64,000 nt of DNA. It comes from a virus. Each line of letters begins with the position of its first letter. Positions within the stretch are counted from its first letter, which is position 1. The notes under the pieces were generated by a model. That model was given only the letters and a program-made list of their open reading frames with translations, ran no database searches and was not told the DNA's origin. The stretch spans positions 49,198 to 113,197 of the IMG/VR virus record IMGVR_UViG_3300042868_005520; one strand, 5' to 3'. A program made the translations under genes and the position numbers. Of the stretch, positions 56,004 through 64,000 are shown piece after piece.

Positions 56004-56050
56004 GCGGTGCAGCGTCAGGGCTGTTGGGGGTTCGATTCCCCTTCCACCGT
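56004..56050 (+). ncRNA. mini tRNA-like element
   Basis: GCGGTG/CACCGT stem, CAGC/GCTG hairpin, GGGGG-TTCGATT-CCCCT T-arm. Confidence 0.5.
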
Positions 56051-56130
56051 TTTTGGTATGGATTGCGGCTTGCCTTACAGGGTGTAACTACGCTAAATAG
56101 TGGTTAGACACCCAAAGGAGATCTAGTTAC

Positions 56131-56967
56131 ATGAAAAAGTTCACACAATATCTTGATGCCACGGCACTAAACGAATCGCTCAACAACAAAGAGATCACAG
56201 AAACTCCACTTGTTGAATCAAAACTGTCTCGTGTTTTCCAATATGTGGAAGACGATAAGCGTGACTTTGGAATTGTGAGCGCATCGCGTGGTGCTAATTC
56301 CGCAGAACAGAACAAAGCCAATCACGAAGAACTCAAGAAGGCGATTCGCGCTATGGGTTACGGTTACATTGAACTTCGTGGTGGCTACAAGGGTGACGAA
56401 GGTGTTGTTGAAGAACTCAGCATACTTGTTCCCAACATCAAGAAAAATCAAATCCTTTCGCTTGGACGCAAATTTGGACAGCACTCTGTGATGTACAAGA
56501 ACGATCAGGACTTTTACTATATCGGCACAAACGAAGAAGCAGGTATTGGCAAGGTTCTTATGAGGTTTAAGAAGGGTGAAGGACAAGAGAATCTTGAACT
56601 TGCAAAACACAAGGTTGTAGACTTCTTCTCCCAATTAAAGAAGGGCGCACACTCAGACAAGAAGTTTGTTTTCAATGTGAAAGACGAAACTCCCTCTGAA
56701 GGAGGAGAATCTTCTGCTGATCAACACGCTGCATCCACTCACAAAGCAGGTGATGTGTGGAAAACTTCTAGTGGGTTGTGGGGCGGCAAGAACTCACAGG
56801 GCGAATACGAATACTTTGATGATCAGCCAGCGGCAAAGAAGTACGCGAAAAACACTAAAAAGGGCTTAAAGATTCAAGAACGCGAAGAGTGGAGTTTTTC
56901 AAAGGCTGCATATTTGAGAAGGGGCGAAGACCCCAAGTGGATAACAATTTATGAGGACTTGTCGTAA
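56131..56967 (+). CDS. capsid-targeting-like leader + DUF3293-like domain + WGAKN mini-domain
   Basis: MKKFTQYL; GIVSASR...EELSILV...GRKFGQHSV; TAAATA upstream. Confidence 0.65.
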   Translation: MKKFTQYLDATALNESLNNKEITETPLVESKLSRVFQYVEDDKRDFGIVSASRGANSAEQNKANHEELKKAIRAMGYGYIELRGGYKGDEGVVEELSILVPNIKKNQILSLGRKFGQHSVMYKNDQDFYYIGTNEEAGIGKVLMRFKKGEGQENLELAKHKVVDFFSQLKKGAHSDKKFVFNVKDETPSEGGESSADQHAASTHKAGDVWKTSSGLWGGKNSQGEYEYFDDQPAAKKYAKNTKKGLKIQEREEWSFSKAAYLRRGEDPKWITIYEDLS

Positions 56968-57183
56968 ATCAATTACTAAATAAGTGTGGAGGGCTATATG
57001 CCTAAAAACACAAATAATAAAAAAGCATTGAGTAAATCATTGCTAAAGAACGCAATAGAAAAATTGCGTACTGATGCTGTTGCTAAGACACGCAGTTCGG
57101 TCAAATCAAATAAACAATCATCGTGATTGTGTGTTGACTCCTCCCGTGGTTTTGCTACAATTAGGTCTTGAAAGGAGTTCGTA

Positions 57184-57648
57184 ATGAACTTTAACACTCT
57201 GGTTGCTTCGGCGGTTGTCACCCTCTCGCTCACTTCTATTGCTTCGGCTCAGTGGTCTAACAGCGGTGGTGGACTCAATATTGGAATCGGTGGCTCATAC
57301 GGTAAGTTCAAGGACAAGATTAGCGAGACAGGCGCAAACGGACAAACCGTTAGCCGCACTCGCACGATTACCAACAACGACTTTCGTTGGGGCGTTGGCA
57401 TGGGCGGGTACTCCAACACCAACAACTACGGTGGTGGCTACGGCTACGGTGGTGGTGGCTACGGCTACGGCGGTGGCGGTGGATACTACGGTGGAGGCTA
57501 CGGCGCACAAGTAATGCCGTACTACGGTGGTGGCTGTTATCCTGTCGTGGTTCCGTACTCCCCGTTCACTGGCACCTTCGGTAATCCGTGTTACGCTCCA
57601 CAGGTGTTTGCTCCTGCGGCAGTCTGCCCTCAGTTTATTGTTCGTTAA
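57184..57648 (+). CDS. secreted Gly/Tyr-rich protein
   Basis: Signal peptide ASA|Q; GGYGYGGG repeats; sigma70 promoter 57134-57161. Confidence 0.7.
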   Translation: MNFNTLVASAVVTLSLTSIASAQWSNSGGGLNIGIGGSYGKFKDKISETGANGQTVSRTRTITNNDFRWGVGMGGYSNTNNYGGGYGYGGGGYGYGGGGGYYGGGYGAQVMPYYGGGCYPVVVPYSPFTGTFGNPCYAPQVFAPAAVCPQFIVR

Positions 57649-57669
57649 CTAGTTTGGATATTCTAAAAA

Positions 57670-57925
57670 TGCCTATCCCGTTTCGCTACCAAAGATCATG
57701 GTCGGGCTGACAACCCACTAAAACGCGAGACAAAGCCAAGAAATACTCCGTTAAGTCCAGAAGCACATACGCATACACCCATACGATACTAGTTGGGTTG
57801 GCAGGAGAGGAATGCTTGGAGTTTGAAGACTGTTGGGGTTCTTCATGCGGTGTTCAGAGTACCGTGGCACAGCACACTCACTGAAATGGTTTGACGGCTC
57901 CATTCAAAAGCCGTCGTTTTTTTTT
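57670..57925 (+). ncRNA. candidate ~250-nt structured RNA ending in terminator
   Basis: No substantial ORF; multiple helices; GACGGC/GCCGTC + T9. Confidence 0.4.
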
Positions 57926-58000
57926 GGTTCTGTCGTCTAGTCTGGTCTAGGACACCTCCTTTTCACGGAGGCGACACGGGTTCGAATCCCGTCAGAATCA
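57926..58000 (+). tRNA. tRNA-Glu(UUC)
   Basis: CCTCC-TTTTCAC-GGAGG. Confidence 0.92.
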
Positions 58001-58004
58001 TTTT

Positions 58005-58086
58005 GGGAGAATACTCAAGTGGACAACGAGGCTTGACTGTAAATCAAGCGGCATAGCCTTCGGGGGTTCGAATCCCTCTTCTCCCA
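58005..58086 (+). tRNA. tRNA-Tyr(GUA)
   Basis: CTTGA-CTGTAAA-TCAAG; long variable arm. Confidence 0.93.
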
Positions 58087-58089
58087 TTC

Positions 58090-58161
58090 GCCGCCTTAGC
58101 ACAGTGGTAGTGCAGTTGATTTGTAATCAACAGGTCATCGGTTCGAATCCGATAGGCGGCT
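58090..58161 (+). tRNA. tRNA-Thr(UGU)
   Basis: GTTGA-TTTGTAA-TCAAC. Confidence 0.93.
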
Positions 58162-58204
58162 TTGTTAAGACACGGTTCAACTACTCTACAAATGAACATA
58201 GGAT

Positions 58205-58408
58205 ATGGAAACACTGGCATTTACTCTTTACGGAATCGGAGCAGTAGCCGTTACATCAGCGGCTACGCTAAAACTGTACGCACACGCATACGCTCGTGGG
58301 TATGAAAACGGCAAGCACTATGGATTTTCTGATGGGTTGAATCACGCTAGGCTGAAAACTGTAAAGCCGCATAATTCATCTCGCAAGCAGATGGTTGCTA
58401 CTGTCTGA
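58205..58408 (+). CDS. small membrane-anchored protein
   Basis: N-terminal TM, GYENGKHYGFSDG. Confidence 0.55.
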   Translation: METLAFTLYGIGAVAVTSAATLKLYAHAYARGYENGKHYGFSDGLNHARLKTVKPHNSSRKQMVATV

Positions 58409-59794
58409 TTAAACTAATAGCAAATCAGCAGTCAAGATTGGTCTGTTCATCGCCAATAGTAGGTCGGTGTTTAGACCAATTCTATTTTCCGAAACAGTTG
58501 TTTCGTTAAGATATACACGAACTCGATTCTGCTTTAGAGTTTCATCGGAAGTAAACTTCACGGTGAATGAGTGGGCGTTAGACGCAGCAGTTCCTGCTCG
58601 GTAATTAACTAGTAGAGTTTCACCACCAAACAGTTCTGCAATAGCAGTTTTTGTTTGCGTGTTTGGTGATGTGATCTCTAGAATATTTGTTCCTGTAGGA
58701 ATAATTGAAGTGCTACTGAATTCTGCTGTGGTGTAGTACTCAGTAATTGCACCAAGAGAAATTCCTGTAACCACAAGCGGTGACCCTGTGTCTGTAGTAG
58801 TACGACCAGTCAATGTGCAGGTTACTGTTCCCAATACAACTCCCTGTTCGGTATCAGGAGAGAAGAACGAGAAGGTTGTGCCTACACTTGTGGCAGCACC
58901 AAAGGAATTCCATTGCTGTACAGCAGCAGCACTATCGTCTGCAAGAGATACTGTGGTGGAAGCACCAACAGAAACTAGTACACGAATGCCTTCAGTCTGT
59001 ATTGAGTTTGTGTCTCCAGCAGCAAGAAACTTACAGTTCTGTAGAGTTCCACCACCAATCGGTGTGTTCTCGCTTTCCCATGAATAAAATTCAGTGATAC
59101 TTGAGGAGTTTTCTTCTCCTCGAATTAGCACTGCCAGCAGAGAAGATCCTCGTGAATCCCAAATATTTAAGAATGGGGTGAGATCAAATTTCACGGTTGA
59201 TCCGCTCCACGATCCCATAGGTATTATTTCAGATGCGGCTAGTTCTGTGTCGCCGCCTTCAATAGTCCATCTTGTTGTGGCTGCTTCGGATGGCTTGTAC
59301 CAAGATACAGACGAGTCTATAGTGGTGTCTAGAGGCAGCAGAAAGGCTTCTAGAAGCCCTCCTGTGTTTCCTGTGGATCGTGTCAGCGTGAGAGTAGCAT
59401 TGCCGATTGTGTACGGGCTACCTGCGGTGTAACCTTCTAAAGTACCCACAGCAGCAGAAAAATATTGGCGTGGATTCAGCAGTATGACTGCTCTGAATTT
59501 TTCTGTTTTTGTTCCACCAACCTTCAATATATTTCTAGCACGATACAGTAAGTTGCCGCTATCCCCACCCGCGTAGGGTGCAGCATTGGTTTCTACTGTT
59601 TGCTTCACATCACTCAATTCAATAAACTTGGAACTGAATGAATCGAATGCGGGTATCTTTACTGCTGCTGAAAGATTTGTAATATAGGTATCGCTGTTGC
59701 CGTCTACTCCATATATCGTTGCCCTCACGGTGGGTGTTACATCGTGAGTTAACCGCGAACTAGAGTAATTATTGCGATAACTAGAGTGAAGCAT
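58409..59794 (-). CDS. virion protein with DNRLRE/CBM96-like domain
   Basis: LKVG...FRAVI...NATLTL...W...WTIEGGD. Confidence 0.55.
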   Translation of the reverse strand: MLHSSYRNNYSSSRLTHDVTPTVRATIYGVDGNSDTYITNLSAAVKIPAFDSFSSKFIELSDVKQTVETNAAPYAGGDSGNLLYRARNILKVGGTKTEKFRAVILLNPRQYFSAAVGTLEGYTAGSPYTIGNATLTLTRSTGNTGGLLEAFLLPLDTTIDSSVSWYKPSEAATTRWTIEGGDTELAASEIIPMGSWSGSTVKFDLTPFLNIWDSRGSSLLAVLIRGEENSSSITEFYSWESENTPIGGGTLQNCKFLAAGDTNSIQTEGIRVLVSVGASTTVSLADDSAAAVQQWNSFGAATSVGTTFSFFSPDTEQGVVLGTVTCTLTGRTTTDTGSPLVVTGISLGAITEYYTTAEFSSTSIIPTGTNILEITSPNTQTKTAIAELFGGETLLVNYRAGTAASNAHSFTVKFTSDETLKQNRVRVYLNETTVSENRIGLNTDLLLAMNRPILTADLLLV

Positions 59795-59804
59795 AGTGCT
59801 CCTA

Positions 59805-61505
59805 TTACGAAGCGTAGAACGAGAAGGTGATTCCTGTTCCTGTGTTGTGTGGAGCAAATCCTACGGAATATGCTGGATAGAACACCTTTAGTTTATTGAT
59901 GTTGTCTACTTCAAGGAATAGTTCATCTCCGTGATACAGTACATACGATGCGGCTCCTGCGGTGGATCCGTATACAGCAGCATCTGCTTCTGATATTACA
60001 CACATGAATTCGTTCTGAGATGCGTTGACCCCTGTGGCAATCCGCGAAACCTTTAGACGAACTCCTGTGCTGCAAGTGTATCCTGCGGCAGAGTTGTATT
60101 CGGTTAGGTTCTTTGCCACATATCCTGCAACATTTGTACGAGCCATGAACGACGGTTGTGTTGCGTAAGAATCAATTGCCACACTAACCGAACCACTTGA
60201 TACGGTATTTGCAAGAGTCTGCAACTGTGTGTTTACGGCATTCTTGACCAATGAATAAATTGATAGTGAATCACTAAAGTCGAAAGCACCAACACTAACT
60301 GTTGGATCGTAGAGAGCCTTCTTTGCAGCAATCAAGAAGTCTGTATTGGTCTTGACTTGAGCAATTGTGGCATTCACTGTGGATGTTGGAGTATCAAGTT
60401 TTTCCAATTCGATTGGCATAAATCCACCCGAATATCCCTTGACGATTACTGGTCCGTTGGCAGTGTCTCCTGCAACCCACAATCCGTATTCTGCACTCGT
60501 TGTTCCCGTGACAGGAATCGGAGCATAGGATGGAGCAGTAATACCAATCTGCGCGCTGAATGTGGCGTATGCATTGAATGAGAACCCTGAGTTAACAAGG
60601 TACATATTCACTGCGGCACCACACCAACCTTCACCCGTAGTACCACCAACTCGTGTTAGTATTCCCGTTGGGCTTACTGCGGCATTCATGTATGTTGGAA
60701 CAGTAGAGAGAGACAGGCTGTCTGCTGCACCCTGACCAACAATAGTAACGGTGTCTGTGGTGTAGTTTAGATTACGAATATCAAGATCCGTAGCAGATAC
60801 AGTTACACCCGTTATAGTGGACACATTCACATTCAGTGCATTGTTGGTGGAATAGACTGCTTGGATAGCAGCCGTTGAACCAGCAAAAGCATACAAGGAT
60901 GTTGGTAGAGTGCTTTCGACTCCTGTGCCGTACACAGTGATGCTATCACTATTGGTAGTTAGTCCACGAATAGAAACCGTGCTGAAAGTCACTCCAACAG
61001 CAGTGGCTCCACTTACTCCAAATATTCCAAGATTGGAGAAGGACGATACCGTTACAGGAAGAGGAGCACTTACGGTGATGCCAACAGGGTATCCACTTGC
61101 AATACCTTGAATACCAACATAGTCTATGCCACTGGTGCTGCCACTAGCGGCTCCACCGTATAGATTTCGAATATCCAAATCGGTTGCAGATACGCTCAGT
61201 GTTCCAACCGTGATGCCTACAGCCACTCCTCCTGATACGCCCACAACGGTGAGAGATGCTCCTGTGGTGCCTACAATGGTTGTGGCAAGACTATAAAATC
61301 CAGATGGAGCAAGAAATTCATATCTTCCCCATGAGCCGCAAACACCCACTGGAAGGGGCGTAGAGCCATTTACATATGTTGCTGTGTTGTCTGCACCGTA
61401 GGCAATCTTGACAATCTGATGATGTGCGGTATTGACATAATCGCTGGCTATGGTATAAGTAATACCACTGGTAACAATATCGTAGTTGTCGCTAGTCTCT
61501 GCCAT
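59805..61505 (-). CDS. G-x-T-rich virion structural protein
   Basis: TIASD...HHQIVKIAYGAD...PLPV; SATDLDIRNL repeats; GDELFLEVDNINKL. Confidence 0.7.
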   Translation of the reverse strand: MAETSDNYDIVTSGITYTIASDYVNTAHHQIVKIAYGADNTATYVNGSTPLPVGVCGSWGRYEFLAPSGFYSLATTIVGTTGASLTVVGVSGGVAVGITVGTLSVSATDLDIRNLYGGAASGSTSGIDYVGIQGIASGYPVGITVSAPLPVTVSSFSNLGIFGVSGATAVGVTFSTVSIRGLTTNSDSITVYGTGVESTLPTSLYAFAGSTAAIQAVYSTNNALNVNVSTITGVTVSATDLDIRNLNYTTDTVTIVGQGAADSLSLSTVPTYMNAAVSPTGILTRVGGTTGEGWCGAAVNMYLVNSGFSFNAYATFSAQIGITAPSYAPIPVTGTTSAEYGLWVAGDTANGPVIVKGYSGGFMPIELEKLDTPTSTVNATIAQVKTNTDFLIAAKKALYDPTVSVGAFDFSDSLSIYSLVKNAVNTQLQTLANTVSSGSVSVAIDSYATQPSFMARTNVAGYVAKNLTEYNSAAGYTCSTGVRLKVSRIATGVNASQNEFMCVISEADAAVYGSTAGAASYVLYHGDELFLEVDNINKLKVFYPAYSVGFAPHNTGTGITFSFYAS

Positions 61506-61592
61506 TTGCTTCTCCGCTTTTGCAGTGTCGTGATCAAGTCAAGGACTAAATAAGAGTACCACCCTATGTATATTTCCGAAAGTAAACCCGTC

Positions 61593-61808
61593 ATGGACAT
61601 CAACAATATCCGTTTTCCCCGCGAAGTAGAAAATCATGTCAAGAACTATGAAGTTTCATATATTGACGCAGTGATCGCAGTATGTGAACGGTACGGCATT
61701 GAGCCACAGGTGGGAGCGAAGTTCTTGAGCAAGCCAATTATTGAAAAAATAAAGGCTGAAGGACAGGAACTAAATCTGCTTCCTAAAAAATCAAAACTAC
61801 CTGTTTAA
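61593..61808 (+). CDS. gp33: late promoter transcription coactivator
   Basis: SYIDAV...CE...IE...LSKPIIEKIKAE...LNLL; adjacent to gp32. Confidence 0.85.
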   Translation: MDINNIRFPREVENHVKNYEVSYIDAVIAVCERYGIEPQVGAKFLSKPIIEKIKAEGQELNLLPKKSKLPV

Positions 61809-61909
61809 CCTTGACTCGGTACGATTATGTGGTACTATTGGCTACATAGTTGTGGTGAATTGTTCACCACACATTAAATACATCGTACAAATCGCACAAG
61901 GAGTTTACT

Positions 61910-62833
61910 ATGGGATTCAAGGATATGAAGTCGGCATCGGGTTCAAACTACCAATCACTTGCCTCTGAAATGGACAAGATGGCAAAGAAGTCGGAGTCCT
62001 ACAAGGATGACCGTATGTGGAAGGCTGACACCGATAAGACAGGAAACGGCTATGCAGAGATTAGATTTCTTCCCGCACCCGATGGCGAAGACTTGCCGTG
62101 GGCGCGTATTTGGAATCACGGGTTTCGTGGACCAGGTGGTTGGTACATTGAAAACTCCCTCACGACCATTGGTCTGAAGGATCCTGTGTCTGAGATGAAC
62201 TCTCAGTTGTGGGCAAGTGGTTCTGATGATGATAAGAAGATTGCGCGTGATCGTAAGCGCAAGTTGTCGTACATCAGCAATATTCTTGTGGTCAGCGATC
62301 CAAAGAACCCTCAGAATGAGGGCAAGGTGTTCTTGTTCCGTTACGGCAAGAAGATCTTTGAGAAGATTCAGGAAGCAATGAATCCACAGTTCCAAGACGA
62401 GAAGCCCACCAATCCCTTTGACTTTTGGAATGGTGCAACCTTTAAGTTGAAGATTCGTCAGGTTGAAGGCTACACCAACTACGACCGCAGCGAGTTTTCT
62501 GCTCCGTCTGCCGTGCTTGGTGGAGACGATGCTGCTCTAGAGAAGTTGTGGAAGAAGCAGTATTCCCTCAAGGAGTTTACGGATCCAAAGTCATTCAAGA
62601 CATACGAAGAACTGAAGACTCGTCTTCGTGATGTGTTGGGCGACAATATTCGTGCTTCCACCTCTGAGAATGCGTACAAGGGTGGAGCAGAGAAGGCTTC
62701 GTTTGATGATGAGGATGCGGCTCCTGTTGTAAAGAAGTCGGCACCACAATCAAAGAAGCCTGTGAAGGAAAGCACTGACGACGATACCGAAGACGCACTT
62801 TCTTACTTCGAGAAGTTGGCAAGCGAAGACTAA
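61910..62833 (+). CDS. gp32: single-stranded DNA-binding protein
   Basis: DDRMWK..DKTGNGYAEIRFLP, WYIENSLTT, YGKKIF, NPFDFW.GA.FKLK, acidic tail. Confidence 0.96.
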   Translation: MGFKDMKSASGSNYQSLASEMDKMAKKSESYKDDRMWKADTDKTGNGYAEIRFLPAPDGEDLPWARIWNHGFRGPGGWYIENSLTTIGLKDPVSEMNSQLWASGSDDDKKIARDRKRKLSYISNILVVSDPKNPQNEGKVFLFRYGKKIFEKIQEAMNPQFQDEKPTNPFDFWNGATFKLKIRQVEGYTNYDRSEFSAPSAVLGGDDAALEKLWKKQYSLKEFTDPKSFKTYEELKTRLRDVLGDNIRASTSENAYKGGAEKASFDDEDAAPVVKKSAPQSKKPVKESTDDDTEDALSYFEKLASED

Positions 62834-62857
62834 ATACTTATGACCTTCGGTTTCGCA

Positions 62858-62892
62858 ATAAAGGGGCGCACTTCGGTGCGCCTCTTTGTTTT
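62858..62892. terminator. bidirectional terminator
   Basis: AAAGGGGCGCAC-TTCG-GTGCGCCTCTTT between convergent genes. Confidence 0.85.
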
Positions 62893-64000
62893 ATGGCATA
62901 ATAGAGTATGCTTGCATCTGCTTGATGGTTGGTTCGTTGTTACGAATTCGAATATCATCATTGAAATTGTTTGTTGTGTTGCTAATCTTGTTCTGCACAT
63001 TTGCAGTGTTGTTTGTGTTACCACCTGTAGCCGTAGGCATATTACGAGCCTCGTTCAGTCCGTTCTGCTCTGCTGTGGCTTGAGCAACCATTCTGCCTAC
63101 AGTTGTGTTTGCGGTAGCAGGGTTCGTAACTTTTCCTTCCACCGTAGTACTACTTGATGCGCCACCTTCTCCCGCTGCCCCCGTTGCGCTTACAACAGCA
63201 GTAGTTGCGTTTCCTGCTTCTTTCTCTGTTTTCTGATCTTCGGTTGCACCTACTTCAATAAGAGAGCCAACTCCAGGAATCGAAGCCACCATGTCGTAGA
63301 TACCCTTGCCGCCAATTTGATCTGCAAGTACTTCTGCTAGTTTTCCACCAACCCATCCTCCACCAAGACTTCCTACTAAGGTTCCAATTCCTGGAACGGG
63401 TATGAGTGTTCCTAGTGCACCACCACCAACAGTTCCAAGTGCTTGTCCAAGAGTTCCAACAATAGATCGACCTATTTTTTCTTTCTTTTCATCTACTGAT
63501 AGTTCGGGATCACTCTTAATGGATGCAATATCTATAGCCCCCATTACTGTTGATATAATGGCACCAAGACCAGGAAGGCTAACAATGCTCTTCGCAACCT
63601 TTCCTGCATTTTTTCCAATAAAGGAACTTAATCCTTTCACTGGATTCATACTGCTTAGTGCTGATCCTGCTTTTGCTGCAAGGTTGCTAAAGAATCCACC
63701 ACCAGTACTAGCAACACCTGATACTGCTTGACCTGCTCCACTAAGAGCACTCTTTCCTAGATTCATTGCTCCCTTAGCAACACCTGATACTGCTTGACCT
63801 GCTCCACTAAGAGCACTCTTTCCTAGATTCATTGCTCCACTAAGAGAACTCTTTCCTAGATTCATTGCTCCCTTAGCAACACCTGATACTGCTTGACCTG
63901 CTCCACTAAGAGCACTCTTTCCTAGATTCATTGCTCCCTTAGCAACACCTGATACTGCTTGACCTGCTCCACTAAGAGCACTCTTTCCTAGATTCATTGC
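62891..64000 (-). CDS. tape-measure / baseplate-hub-like protein, 5'-truncated
   Basis: 11/22-aa repeats, glycine zipper GGALGTLIPVPGIGT, N-rich C-terminus. Confidence 0.55.
   Translation of the reverse strand, partial: AMNLGKSALSGAGQAVSGVAKGAMNLGKSALSGAGQAVSGVAKGAMNLGKSSLSGAMNLGKSALSGAGQAVSGVAKGAMNLGKSALSGAGQAVSGVASTGGGFFSNLAAKAGSALSSMNPVKGLSSFIGKNAGKVAKSIVSLPGLGAIISTVMGAIDIASIKSDPELSVDEKKEKIGRSIVGTLGQALGTVGGGALGTLIPVPGIGTLVGSLGGGWVGGKLAEVLADQIGGKGIYDMVASIPGVGSLIEVGATEDQKTEKEAGNATTAVVSATGAAGEGGASSSTTVEGKVTNPATANTTVGRMVAQATAEQNGLNEARNMPTATGGNTNNTANVQNKISNTTNNFNDDIRIRNNEPTIKQMQAYSIMP
63709..64000 (-). repeat. near-perfect 66/33-nt tandem repeats
   Basis: MNLGKSALSGAGQAVSGVAKGA repeated, nucleotide copies essentially identical. 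Confidence 0.92.

Noticed and set aside
57670-57925. RNase P RNA
   Set aside because: No GAGGAAAGTCC or ACAGAA..CGGCTTA conserved regions on either strand
1-64000. Stop-codon reassignment
   Set aside because: Conserved genes are intact under the standard code, all three stops are used, and no suppressor tRNA was seen

Overview
This 64 kb window looks like part of a large T4-superfamily (Kyanoviridae-like) myophage genome. Supporting markers are gp32 SSB, gp33 late coactivator, a gp68-like core protein, a CobS/VWA pair, TAAATA-type late promoters and sigma70 early promoters. Layout: (1-8.8 kb) tandem G-x-T-rich fibre genes; (8.9-13 kb) class II RNR, a trypsin-like lipoprotein, RuvC-like resolvase and a possible lysis pair; (13-36.6 kb, minus strand) structural genes, then a large block of probable capsid-internal proteins with T4-type capsid-targeting leaders (M-x-x-F-x-x-x-[LI]-x-E) and x-x-E-punctuated modules; (36.9-58 kb, plus strand) an early/accessory region, partly leaderless, with 7 tRNAs, a circularly permuted two-piece tmRNA, two tRNA-like RNAs without a normal anticodon arm and two further structured-RNA candidates; (58-64 kb) structural genes, gp33, gp32 and a repeat-containing tape-measure/hub-like gene. 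Dockerin-like GDLNGDGxVxGADL repeats suggest a Planctomycetota (Phycisphaerae) host, which is an inference. The most notable candidates are the array of capsid-targeted GNAT-like cargo proteins, a shared WGAKN mini-domain in three cargo candidates, and the unusual RNA set. All family assignments come from motifs recognised by eye; no searches were run.
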